This document shows positions 1-11,588 of a stretch of 55,501 bases of DNA, piece after piece. The notes under the pieces are model-generated. The model was not told the origin of the DNA and ran no database searches. It saw only the letters and a program-made list of their open reading frames with translations. A program made the position numbers and the translations under genes. Location of the stretch: contig JYFJ02002517.1 in NCBI GenBank assembly GCA_000934665.2, positions 1-55,501 on the forward strand. The letters are read 5' to 3'. Position 1 is the stretch's first letter; each line of letters starts with the position of its first letter. Origin of the DNA: Catajapyx aquilonaris (taxonomy: Eukaryota).

Positions 1-535
1 CCTTACCCTTATACAGAGGTACTATAATAGCATCCCTCCAATCCCTAGGAGCTACACCATTATCAAACGAAACCCTACATAAATTAGTCAAAAAAGTTAT
101 CACCCCCGCCACACCTCACCATTTCCGAAGAAATAGCATCAACCCCAGGGGATTTACCTAGTTTAAGTCCTAAAGCAGCTGCTGCAACTTCCTTCTTAAC
201 AATATCCCCACAACCATCATTACTTGGTACAACATCCCCAATTAAACTTACTGATACATCAACACTAGCCTTATCACTTGCTGACAGCAAATCCTTAAAA
301 TATTCTCCCCAGCGCCCTTTCGCCTCTCCTCCATCCCACAGCATGTCACCCTTCTTATCCTTCACACCCACTACACTAACCCCACGGTCAGTTCTTAACC
401 TCCTAACAGTCTTCCAAAAAGACTTCTCATCCTCCTTGAAGGCCTTCTCCAGCCTCTCACTCTCCTCTAGATCTACCTGCTTCTTACTCTCCCTAACAAC
501 CCGTGCTGCCTCCCGCTTCCAAAACTTTCGCCTGT
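1..535 (-). mobile_element. 5'-truncated non-LTR retrotransposon (RTE-like LINE) fragment in an AMDHD1 intron; continues past left edge
   Basis: ORF 84-602 encodes the endonuclease-RT linker (FWKTVRRLR...RWGEYFKDLL...LKLGKSPGVDAISSEMVR). After a frameshift near position 90 the minus strand reads LTNLCRVSFDNGVAPRDWRDAIIVPLYKGKG, typical of the start of a LINE RT domain. The 5' boundary is approximate. Confidence 0.85.
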
Positions 536-582
536 CAAAATTACACGTTTCCATAAGGTGTGTAAGAATAATCCATACTGAC

Positions 583-2006
583 CATTGAGAGGCAAAATGC
601 ATTGGGGTTGAAGTCAGATCCCAGTGCCACTACGACTCCAGAGTTGAGCATCTTCCTTACAGGCGGCGACTTAAGTCTCAGCATGAATGCAGTTGTTGGC
701 AACACCACTGCAACTGTCTTGGAGACAGCCATGGCCTTTATTCCAGAATCGCTAACTTCTTCCAGGTGACTAATGGCCTCGGCTTTCAGCTCAGCACCCA
801 TCTAGGTAGAAAAAGTCGTTACAGGTCTGGTGGATTCCTATTCATTCAGTTGAGCATGTCTCGAACAGACACTGGCTATAGTGGACAATTGTCTCTGAAA
901 CACTTCTTTCAATATGGTGCAGAATTTTCCATGGACAATGAAATCTGCATGTACTGTACTTACCTCAGCACTCTGCATTGGATGGAGCTCATCTCCGTGA
1001 AAGTTGAGCCTGAGACCAACGGACCGTCCAGCCTGAAGGATTCTGCGGCTTTGCTCTGTGCTGAACACGCCCTCCTCACAAAAGACATCAATGTTCTCTA
1101 CATGTAGCTCATTACGGTCCATCATCGCCTTCAAAGCAGGTATCTGATCATGTATCACACCTTCTGTTGCTTCTTGTGACGTTTTCCCCCTGTAATTAAA
1201 TTATCAGCATTACGAGATCTTAAAAAAATTAGCCAGAAACAGAATCTGGAATTCACAAACTTACTTAGGAACAGAATGAGCACCACAGAATGTGCTTGAT
1301 ATCTCCATTGGTGTTAGCTTCTTGGCTCTTTCAAGCACCCTAAGCATTTTCAGTTCCGTTTCTGTATCCAGCCCATACCCTGACTTACACTCAACTGTGG
1401 TTGTTCCCGAGCTAAGCATATGCTGCAGTCTTTCCAGCAGCAACTCTAAGAGATGGTCTTCACTTGCTTTTCGAGTATGTTCCACAGTGAAGTTGATTCC
1501 ACCACCAGCTTGATGCACCTCCATGTATGTTGCACCTGCCAGCTTCATTGCAAATTCATGGACGCGGTCGCCAGCCCACACAGGATGAGTGTGGGCGTCT
1601 ATGAAACCAGGAAGGACACATTTGCCTAAAGCGTTGATCACATGCTCAAAATCTATGCCCTGGTACTTTGCAGCAACTTCAGCATCAGTACCGATGGCTT
1701 CAATTTTCCCGGAGCTGTGAACAAGAGTCAAAGGTCAAGGGAACTTCATCTAAGCATTTCACACAAAGGATAATGCAAACGGCAGTGTCTGATAGACTAA
1801 TAGTCATGTTATTAGTTTCACACAAAAAAATGTATTCATGAGAATTACAGTAGAAAGCAGACAGACCTGTCAATTGCAATCGAGACTCCGCATCCATCTT
1901 GCGCCTGTTTAACGTGCATATTCTTCATGTCTTCTCCAAGTAAATATGGTGCTCCATTGCTTGAAATCAGCACCACTTGCTGAGCAGAATGAACTAAAAG
2001 CTTCAT
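583..2006 (-). CDS. AMDHD1: Imidazolonepropionase (amidohydrolase domain-containing 1, HutI), 3'-partial; exons 2006-1867, 1714-1265, 1189-964, 801-583
   Basis: Motifs PGFIDAHTHPVWAGDRVHEFAMKLAGATYM, GTTTVECKSGYGL, IDVFCEEGVF, FHGDEL, ISHLE and ALGSDFNPNA. GT-AG junctions keep frame. The remaining exon(s) lie beyond the LINE and off-window. Confidence 0.93.
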
Positions 2007-2400
2007 CTTTGCAGTTGCTATGTGGAAATTCTGCCGAGTGACAATCTCAACTTTCTTCCACCCAGTATGTCAAGCGAGTGGCAAAATGCTGTATGGCAGT
2101 GCATATCTTTGCCCCATGACCTACAAAGATAATTCTTAGGATAGCCCAAGAGCAAGGTCACATTATCCTTGCACACACAAAAAAATCCAAATGAATTTAG
2201 ACGATAACAGTTTCAACCAGGTTTCCACACTGATCTTGACTTTATTTTTGCTCCGAGTAGTACATGTCTTATAACAAAACAACTGCCAAAAGGAATGCCT
2301 TCACGTTGTACCCGAATAACATATCACATATTCGTCATTTGAGATTTACATTCAATTTACAAGCTCAGGATGTTAACGTCCTTTTCCAAGTCTTTAAAAA

Positions 2401-2516
2401 CAACGGGTGGAATTTTCGTCCCACTGCTAGTTACGGCTAACTTAGCAGTACCAGTGATGGGAATGGTTATTATTAGTTAGCAGTATCTAGCAGTGGGACG
2501 AACATTCCACCCATTG
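2401..2516. mobile_element. Small foldback/MITE-like inverted repeat
   Basis: CAACGGGTGGAATTTTCGTCCCACTGCTAG pairs with CTAGCAGTGGGACGAACATTCCACCCATTG around a short spacer. Confidence 0.6.
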
Positions 2517-3096
2517 CGTCTCTCACAAAATGAATGAACCTAGTATTGGAATCTCAAATTTTTTAATATTGTAAATGCAATGACTATAAGGAACATGACA
2601 AGCATAGTCAATTCGAAAAATTCAGTCAAAAAATTTGTGTACCTACAATTACCAACCGTTATCCAAACATTTCAAAAGAATACAAAATTAGGTCACATAT
2701 TGTTGTAATTAGGAAGACCATGAATTTGAATTTCATGTATGCACCTAACTTTCACCACAAATTATATCCATCAGCGAGTTAAATGAACTATCTTAGTGAC
2801 AAAAATCTCATTGAAATATTCCAGCAGTCTCATACGTATGTTCACCCAGTCTTTAGAAAAATACTGCAACATGGAGATTAAACAGCTAATAAGTACATCT
2901 TTCACTTACATATTAAATTAAACAGGCACTCTGAATAATAATACATTATCAAGGTCCGTGAGATTGTACTCCCGGCCAAACATTATCCTGGCAAAAGTCG
3001 CAGAGTAACATTTGGCCAGTTGTAGCATCTAAGTTCCATCCAACTCTAGTTATATTAATTTCCACTAACCATCCACTAGTTATTTAATATCAGTTG

Positions 3097-3855
3097 TATG
3101 AGGGCAAATCATAAAGTAATTCACAACTTTTTAAATTCCGAAGCTTCAACTGATAGCGTGCTACAAAATGATTGTCTTAAGCATGGTCTACAGTCTCTTT
3201 GGACCAAAAAAGCAGCACTGACTTGTCAAGACTTCAGCGACATCAAGGAAGTGAAAGAGGCCGCCTGCAACTGGCTTCCCAGCCAGCCTTTTTTCTGTAG
3301 TGGCATGGAAAAACTAATGTCAAGGTGGGACAAGTGCACCAAAGTGTATGGTGACTGTGTCTAATATTTATTTATTATTTTTTTTATTTGTTATTTTTTT
3401 TCATTACCCCACGGGGGGAGTTATGCTACTCCTTAGGGGGGGTGGGTTACCACCATTGGAATTTGTTTTTTTGGAGCGAGTTTAAGAAGATCTTAATTAG
3501 TGTACTCCAAGGGTGGGTGGGAGGGGATGTGCAAAGTGCAAGTGCAATGTCTCTAATCGTCATTTTGTGAACTCCCCCGGGTGGCTTAGTCTATCGGAAA
3601 ATTGCCACCCGAACCGAAGCCAGAGATGGCCCAACTCTGCACGAAAGAAGGTGGGAACCCCGGGTGGGGATTGAACCCGGGACCTTAACTTCCGTGGGCG
3701 CGCGCGTTACCGCGGCGCCACTCCGTCTCCCCGACTGTGTCTAATATTTGAGAAAGACTTGCCCTTTCATGTGCGTATGTCAGTTTCTGTTTCTGTTGTG
3801 AATCTTCGGAAATTGTTAAAAAAAAAGGTGAATTACTTTTTGATTCGCCCTCGTA
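3097..3855 (+). mobile_element. Internally deleted mariner-family element (interrupted by a SINE)
   Basis: TA-flanked TIRs TATGAGGGCAAATCATAAAGTAATTCAC / GTGAATTACTTTTTGATTCGCCCTCGTA. The remnant transposase C-terminus FSDIKEVKEAACNWLPSQPFFCSGMEKLMSRWDKCTKVYGDCV matches the mariner tail (GI.KL..RW.KC....GDY). Confidence 0.88.
3370..3732 (-). mobile_element. tRNA-derived SINE with 17-bp target-site duplication
   Basis: Minus strand begins GGGGAGACGGAGTGGCGCCGCGGT (A-box-like) ... GGTTCAATCCCC (B box) and ends in an A-rich tail. Flanked by the perfect direct repeat GACTGTGTCTAATATTT at 3353-3369 and 3733-3749. Confidence 0.9.
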
Positions 3856-3865
3856 TGAACATTAA

Positions 3866-4357
3866 AGGGACACTCCACTCAAAATACAAGTTGGGCTCTA
3901 AAAATCGGGCAAAAAATCCTGACTCCGAGGGTATAAGCAGTTTTTCTGAGAGATGAACGGTAAGGCCAGGGCGAAAGCTGGAAGTGTGTCGTTCGAAAAC
4001 CGCGCTCAAACGGGCCCGGTGCAGGTGGCGACGACACCCCAAGGGTGACGTTGAATAGTAGCGCCGCCCTTCCCAACGGCGACTTGGATAAGTTGCCTGC
4101 GGGCATGGGGATCCGTGGGGATCTGGTTGTGTCCGAAGCCAACTTCCCCTAGTGCCCGTTGGGAAGGGCGGCGCTCTATCCAACGTCGCCTAACTTGGCC
4201 AGGTGGCCAGGCGGCGCCACTCTCGAATTTTTTTCCGACTTTCGTCTCTTCCCCTGACATTACTGTTCGTCTCAGAGATAAACGGATGGTATCACCGGAA
4301 TCAGGATTTTCTGCCTGATTTTTACAGATCAACTTGTATTTTGAGTGGAGTGTCCCT
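3866..4357. mobile_element. TTAA-flanked foldback MITE (Kolobok-like termini)
   Basis: TTAA at 3862-3865 and 4358-4361. TIR AGGGACACTCCACTCAAAATACAAGTTG is perfect at both ends and continues imperfectly for about 100 bp. Inner inverted repeat GCGCCGCCCTTCCCAACGG / CCGTTGGGAAGGGCGGCGC. Confidence 0.85.
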
Positions 4358-4361
4358 TTAA

Positions 4362-4424
4362 GGGTAACTACAGAGCTTGACTTTTTGTTGTACACGAAAA
4401 CAACAGCTAATTCCGTAGTTACCC
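4362..4424. mobile_element. Tiny TTAA-type MITE remnant abutting the previous element
   Basis: TTAA-GGGTAACTAC ... GTAGTTACCC-TTCA (10-bp TIR, right TSD with one mismatch). Confidence 0.5.
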
Positions 4425-4709
4425 TTCACTCATGCTTGTACAACCAGTTCTTAATAATTTCCTCCTTTTGTATTATAATCTCACATCCCAAAAACCAATA
4501 ACACTGCATATAATAATGCATCTCGAGTAACACTTGGGAGTTTCCAGCACCAGTGTGACTTAGAACACACCTGAGTAATTCACAAGTTTGGCAAAAAAAG
4601 GCAAAACGTATTGCCATTCATTTTGTACTCCAAATAAAATACGTCTGCTAATACTAATGCTCAATTACGTGATCCCAATCACACATCTCTGCTGTACATG
4701 TGCAGTTTC

Positions 4710-6394
4710 TCATGCCACACCTGCATCTGGTGCATACCATCCATTTTCAGGGTCTCCCAACTTCATGCCCCCATCCCAGGCATTAATGCGCTTCTCAGGT
4801 GCACATGCAGCTGCGTAATTGACTGAAGGTTGGATGGTGGTGGGTGGAATGTGTCCATTTTGAGATCCTTTCGAAGCCAGCAGCTGCTCCTTATCGTCAG
4901 TCTGCTGCTGTTGCTCTGCTGCACGTTGGACGGCCTGATCATCCTGACTTGGCTCATTTGCAGGAGTGACTGTGCAGTCATCAGCAGCCTGACCTGACAC
5001 ACAGTCGCCCTCTTTGGTGGCCAACTTCTGTGACACTGCAAGGTACAAATATTGTGCTGAATTACTCTGTATACATAAAAAGACACCCCATATCAATTAT
5101 TATTGTTCAAGTTAACAATTTTGGAGCCTTAACAAACAGGCTCAAATGCAAAGTTATTATGGAACACAAAGTGCTTCAAAAGGTGAGTACATGCTTCTCT
5201 CTCTAACTTGACCTTCTAGGGGGCTTGGAGCTTCCTTGTTACCACATATTTAGTAACACATCAAATAGAACACATACTACAGTTATTTGAAGATTCTCAT
5301 GTATCTCCCATGTTATGATTTCTGGAATGATTGCAGAAAGAAAGAAATAACTGACCTCCTAGGCGTTTAGTAATTGCCTTCAGTAGCTTCAGGATGATAT
5401 AAGGGGCCATGAACACAATGGCATAGTAGTAAAGAGAATTGCCAGCTATGGTTGGTGGGTTCCAGGCTTCTTTAGTGGCAGGATCCACATTTTTCACACC
5501 TAAAAATAAAACATGTTGGAACTTTCAATTAACACTGTAGAAAACCAATAACTTGTAAAAATCCGTAATTTCAGTATACGCCTTCATATTTGATGATACT
5601 GCATAAGCTTAATACCAGTGAGGTAGAGAGCCTTGGCGAAGAGCCACCGGAGATGCCGCACCAGAGCAAGCGTGGAAAGCAGTTTCTGCATCGACCCACG
5701 CAGTTGTCCCACCTGGTTGGCAACACTCACAAAAGCATAGCATGAGGACTGCACCGTTTGAACCGTGGTATCTAGAATAGACGCAAAAGTGTTGACAGTG
5801 CTCACTGCAGTCAGCCACGGCTGGAAAAACTCTCTGTACTCCTCCACATCCCTCACAGGCAACCTGAAACGCAAAATGGTTGTAAAGCATGCAACTGTTT
5901 CAATATGCTGCGAGAGACACACCTCCCTTCACGCTGGGGATGCCTCTGATAATACACTGGCGGAGGATTGCCTCCAACAGGATAATACCCTCCAGACTGC
6001 GGGTAGTAAGCATACGGCTCCATATACACAGGCCCACCTTGTAGATACCGCCCATCAGAAGGCACCTGATTAAAGTGTGATGGCGGAACACTGCAAAATA
6101 AGTTACGGCAGGTTATTACGATACATGCATAATTGTCGTATTGTTATTGTTATTGTAATTATAATTATTGTGTCTCCCTTCATCGCTGAGTACCTGTTGT
6201 TGTTGTTGTTGTTATTATTATTATATTATTATTATTATTATTATACAAAAGTTGACTGACCCTCCAGGTTGCTGCCTGTTCTGACCAGGTGGTCCAGCCT
6301 GTCTGGGCCTCTTCTCCGGCGCCTTTCGAATGGGCGGGGGTGTTCCACCTTCAGGAGGCGGTGCCGGAGGCGGCTGAGGCGGAGGGTTGGACAT
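4710..6394 (-). CDS. PEX13: Peroxin-13-like peroxisomal membrane protein, divergent; exons 6394-6261, 6090-5923, 5863-5616, 5499-5356, 5035-4710
   Basis: Pro-rich then Tyr/Gly-rich N-terminus. TFASILDTTVQTVQSSCYAFVSVANQVGQLRGSMQKLLSTLALVRHLRWLF resembles the Peroxin-13_N core, YYYAIVFMAPYIILKLL the transmembrane segment, and an SH3-like relic follows. All junctions are GT-AG and phase-compatible. Confidence 0.72.
6195..6244. repeat. Compound (GTT)n/(ATT)n microsatellite in PEX13-like intron 1
   Basis: Direct reading of the sequence. Confidence 0.85.
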
Positions 6395-6702
6395 GGCGTA
6401 CCGTCGGGGACCCAGCCGGAGTAGAATGTCGTCCTGTGAAATCCGATCCTTTTCCTTCAACAGTTCCACCCACAATGTCCCCTACGCTCGAAATAGTTCG
6501 GGAACAACCCGGCAGAGGGACAAAAACTCGGGATATTATAACAGAGCGGCTACTCGTTGGCTTAAAATAGCTGCTACGTGTAAAATACTTGGGGGCGTCC
6601 AAATTGGTAGCGTGTCCGATTAGCTAGTGCCCTTGCGCACGATCCGCCCTACGCACTACATTAAGTACTGCAATTTTTATTTGCTGCAATTATTTTTTAA
6701 GC

Positions 6703-8023
6703 ATGCTTCGCGCATTGGAAGGTGTGCGGAATGGGACGTTGGATGGGCAGCTGCTTGTGACCATCGAGACCACTCGTAGGTTGTATGGATTGCAGTTGAG
6801 CAAGTGTAAGGACGTGGAGAATATTTGCACGGCGAGCATTAACTTCTTAGATCTTGAGCTGAACGACGGTCGGTTGTAAGTAATTTTACACTTTCAATGT
6901 ATGGTATGCCACGCACGGTATGACATGCCCTGACACTTCAATTGCAGCCTGCTGTCCGGAGCTGGCGATGGAAGTATATACATACACGACATGCACAACT
7001 TCAGCGGGACGCCGCAGTACACCGCAAAGTCCATATGTAAGATTGAGAAGTAAGTAACGTTCGTACAACCCCATTTTCGCACATGTTCATAAACACACGT
7101 ACTTTAACAGGTCGCACCGTCATGCGCACAAGTACAGCGTCGAATGTGTGCAGTGGTATCCGTACGACACGGGTCTGTTCATAACCAGCGGGATGGACAA
7201 GAAGCTGAAGCTGTGGGATGCGAATAGGATGGTGCCTGTCGAGACGTACCAGTTCGAAGGCCGAGTGTACCAGCACCATTTGTCGCTTCCGTCTGCAAAA
7301 CGTTGCCTGATTGCGGTCGCTAGTTCGATCAATCAGGTGCAATTGGTGGATGTACGATCGGGGTCGAGTACGCATGAATTAAGAGGGCATAAAAGCCCGG
7401 CGCTTTGCTGCAGGTGGTCGCCTCGTGAAGACCACTTGCTGGCGACTGGCAGTTGTGACAATCGTGTGCTAATGTGGGACGTTAGAGCGACCAGAAACTG
7501 CCTGCGTTCACTGGACCAACACAATGGACGTGTACGCACACAAAATGATCACTCGTGCATAGCGCACGATGGATATGTGAACGCACTGTGCTTCACGCAA
7601 GACGGACTCTTTTTAATGTCACTCGGCACTGACAGTCGCATGAGGCTATGGAACTCCAGTACCGGTCGTAACGAGTTAGTAAACTACGGCCGTATACCAA
7701 ACGGTACACGTAAAGGTGTAAGACTTGACGTCTCATATCACTCTGTGTCTGACTTGGTCTACGTGCCATCTGAAGGTAATATCCTGGCATATGAAGTGCA
7801 TACCGGGACGAAAGTGAGCACATTGTTGGGGCATTACAACTCTGTGAAGTGCTGTTGCTACAACCCATTTTATTGCGAGTTGTACAGTGGTTCTAGCGAT
7901 CGAAATATATTAGTCTGGAGTGCGGATGGGGAACAGAAGTCGGCTTACGATGAAATTAAGCCACAAAAAGTTGGGACGTCCAGACGGTTAGCAGGCGATA
8001 ACTGGAGCAGCGACGAAGACTGA
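6703..8023 (+). CDS. ERCC8: DNA excision repair protein ERCC-8 / CSA (WD40); exons 6703-6875, 6948-7049, 7111-8023
   Basis: HKYSVECVQWYPYDTGLFITSGMDKKLKLWD, SGSSTHELRGH, AHDGYVNALCFTQDGLFL, MRLWNSSTGRNELVNYG, and C-terminal DNWSSDED. Confidence 0.95.
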
Positions 8024-8457
8024 CGTGTTTGTTGTACCAAATGGTTGTGATACTTTATTTAAATAAAATGTGTACTTGTCGTACAAGTATTGAAAATTCC
8101 TGGACACACTGACAATCGTTGCTAAAAGAAGCCACAGATTATCTCCCGAGTTATCGAAGTCATAAAAGTTGCTAAAAGATGAAGATGAACATTTTATTTA
8201 CAAAATTCTGACACAATTACCAATCCGTTAGACATTTCACACATCTCTTGATTACTGTCCACAGGACACAATTATAAAAATCCAACCCATAGCCTACTTT
8301 AAAAAAAAGAAGTCTGGCAGAGCACTCGGTCAACACGATTCACGACATTCACAGAGCATTCTGTAATTACAGTCCATCCAAACGACTGCAACCTCAAGAC
8401 TGCTACACTTCGCACTTTTGTACCAAAAAAATGAAGACAACTTTAGTTATGATAATA

Positions 8458-11168
8458 CTAGAGATCTTGCTCAGCATCCTTGTCTTGGTCCTTGTCACCA
8501 TCGTAAAACTCATTGCTCGACTCTATCCTACAAGTCCAAAAAAACGTACAATTACTTACAATCTTGATTAACCGCTGCCAACAATTACGTTCATATGACA
8601 TAAATGTTCACGGATATCAAAGCTCACCTCTTGTCTTCTTCACTCTGATGGACTCGCACGTCTGGATCCAACTCCTCGGTGTTTTCAATACTCAAGGCAT
8701 CTGGAGGCACATCCTGCATCTGAACACTTGGCGCATGCTGAATCATCTTCAGATTATCGTATACATGCTTAACTATCAGTTCCAAATACTGCTTCCCGTT
8801 TGCATTTTCTTGCCTCGTTACAACCTCTGGGTGAAGGTTGAAGTCAGGCGCAAAGTATTCCAAGTACTCTGCAACATAATACATGACCCATCAACCCGTG
8901 ATATGCAGACAGTGACATCAACTGATTAAGTCGCATTCGGAAGCTAATTATTTTTGGTGTGAAGATGGAATGCTCTACTTCTGTACGCTGAATATTACTA
9001 CCAAAGTTGATTACTTACCTGTGTAAGGAAGCTCACTGCTTATGTTCTCATCCACCAAGATGGATGTCTCGTACGTCCAACACCGTGCCACATTGCGTAC
9101 CGTGTAACCACCTCCACCAAGTACCAGAAGTGGCACATTGAGATCACGCACAAAGCGAACACACTCCCTAAAAAGGACAATAATATTTCATCTCTATTGA
9201 TTCACTGGATTCATGAGAATGTAAGTACGGAAACATCAAAACACATACCCATGTCCTTTGGTGCTCAGGCTGAAACAACCCAAGCGATCATTTGCTAGCG
9301 AATCTGCACCACACTGAAGCACAATCGCAGTCGGTTGGTAAAATTCCATAACGTGCTGTAAAACCCATGAGCGTTACAAACTGCAAGAAATATATCGTAT
9401 TTGCAGGACCTCACCTGCACAACAGGCTTGAAAACCTGAGCGTAACTGGCGTCATCAATTCCTTCTTTCATCGGCACATTTACCGAGTAATACCTCCCAC
9501 TCTCGGCTCCAATCTCGTACATATCACCTGCGACAAGAGAACAGTGATTGCATTCTATAACATATCTGCATACTGCATGTACTATATTGCTCAAAAAGAT
9601 GAGAGACGATTTTGCGTTTGGTTTCGATGCAAAATCGTCTCTATCTTTTTGAGTGATCTAGTACAATTAGAGCTGATGTTGTTAACAAGTAGGTACTAAC
9701 CTGTCCCCGGGAAGAAGTAGTTGCCATACTTGTGAAATGAGACAGTCATGACTCTGTCCGTGAGGTAGAAGGCCTCCTGAACCCCATCCCCATGATGAAT
9801 ATCAATGTCAATGTACAGCACACGCGGGTGGTACTTAAGTAGCTCCAATATGGCAATGACGATGTCGTTCACGTAGCAGAATCCAGAGGCCTCGAACTTC
9901 TTCGCATGGTGCAGACCACCAGACCAGTTGATGGCAATGTCGCAACAGTTGTTGTTGATCTTTACAGCTCCTTCCAGGGACGCCCCAGTGTACATGGCGC
10001 AGAAGTCAAACAAGCCGTCAAACACAGGGCTTGGAAGAGAGGAAAAATTATTATACATAAGGCAACAAAATAATGCAAATGAACACGTATACAAAATAAA
10101 ATATTAATAAATAAAATAATACAAAAAATAATGCATGTATGCAAAACATAAATAATACAAATACATGCAAAATATAAATAAAATCATACAAAGATTATGC
10201 ACGTATGCAAATTAAAATATAAATAAAATAACAAAATTTATGCATGTATGCAAATTAAAATGTAAATAAAATAATACAAAAATTATGCATGCATGCAAAA
10301 TATAAATAAATAAAAATACAAGTGCATGTATTTAATAAATAAATAAAATATTACAAATGCATGTATTTAATAAATAAATAAAATGTTACAAATGCATGTA
10401 TGCAAAATAAAATATAAATAAAATACAAATAAAATAAATAATACAAATATAAATAAAAAATAAAATACAGATTAAAAAATAAAATAGTCAATAAAATATA
10501 AAATTAGATAAAAATATACAAAATTAAATAAAGCTCGGTCTTCTGGTGACCACCAAACGGCTGCTTTCCGGTGTATAAAATAATTCCATAAGCTGTGATT
10601 ATTGCGGACTCGTAATCGCGGAACCCGACTCACCAGTCGTCGCCCACGTTGAAGTGGCTCAGACTCTTGGTGAACCCTTGTATGTTCTGCGGCGTGACCC
10701 TCTGCAGAAATTCAATGTACTCGTCCGAGTGGAAGCGGCACATGTCGTGCGAGCTGGCACGGTACGGCCGGTACAGCTGCATCTTCTTAGAGAGCTGGTA
10801 GTTTAGAACGAGGCTGTGGGTGACGGCCAAGCGATGGGGCTTCATTGGGTGGCTTGGCCCTGCAAGGTCACATGCGCCTATTCATTTCAACGGGAAAGGG
10901 GGAAAACCGTTAAGCTACAAGCACACCCTACATCTGTCGGATGCGGCCCACACTTGCGGCCATGGGGAAGAAAAAAAAACCCATTTCGAACATAAAATAA
11001 AAACTGTCTTGAATTATTATAATAATAAATAAAATAAGAATTTCGACTTGAATGGAACAGGCTCCTGGTTCTAGGCCTACTCGGATTGGACAGCCCTTAA
11101 TTACCATAGTGGAAGTTCCCCACGTCCTGGTCGTAGAAGTACGAGACCACCTTGCTCTTAGAACCCAT
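8458..11168 (-). CDS. HDAC3: Histone deacetylase 3; exons 11168-11105, 10859-10634, 10029-9701, 9527-9415, 9355-9249, 9167-9019, 8868-8628, 8527-8458
   Basis: [91 protein letters not shown], and acidic tail [11 protein letters not shown]. Confidence 0.97.
9578..9665. mobile_element. ~85-bp palindromic Tc1-type MITE / hairpin in an HDAC3 intron
   Basis: TGTACTATATTGCTCAAAAAGATGAGAGACGATTTTGC pairs with GCAAAATCGTCTCTATCTTTTTGAGTGATCTAGTACA, with TA dinucleotides near both ends. Confidence 0.6.
10045..10532. repeat. AT-rich degenerate tandem repeat in HDAC3 intron 2
   Basis: Recurring ATGCATGTATGCAAAA(T)ATAAATAAAATAATACAAA units that decay into A/T runs. Confidence 0.8.
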
Positions 11169-11324
11169 GCTGGGCACCAGGGGCGAGACCAGGGGCGGCC
11201 ACAGGGGCCGAAATTAGACTCCAAATCGAACGCCAACGATGCCGCTTTGTGACGATACCATCAACTCTCGGAGGTGCCAACTATTGCAGATCGTCCGTCG
11301 CTAATTGGTGACGATGCCAATGGG

Positions 11325-11352
11325 GGATACTATCGATTCGCGCCATATTTGA
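11325..11352 (-). promoter_or_regulatory. Candidate HDAC3 core-promoter motifs (DRE-like TATCGAT and YY1-like AAATATGGCG)
   Basis: TATCGATTCGCGCCATATTT about 160 bp upstream of the HDAC3 ATG. Short motifs only. Confidence 0.3.
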
Positions 11353-11588
11353 ACTTGAAAATATTCAAGTGTAATTTCTTCCATTTTTGATGATATTTCA
11401 GCTCATTTATTGGTACAAAAAAAATATTACAAACGTACTTATTTTCAATGTCTCATATTCCTCAGTAATTGGTTCACTACCAAATGTCCAATTTCACTCT
11501 TAATAGGAAGTTCTTGGCAGATCAAGTTATTTACAGGTTACGGAAAATGATAAGCGTCAATCTTAGTCACACTTCACAAGACACAAAA

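Noticed and set aside
3655..3732. Possible tRNA gene
   Set aside because: It has A/B boxes but no clean cloverleaf, and it is the head of a TSD-flanked, A-tailed SINE.
3833..4395. ORFs of 87-129 aa across the TTAA element
   Set aside because: They lie in a GC-rich palindromic MITE and show no transposase motifs.
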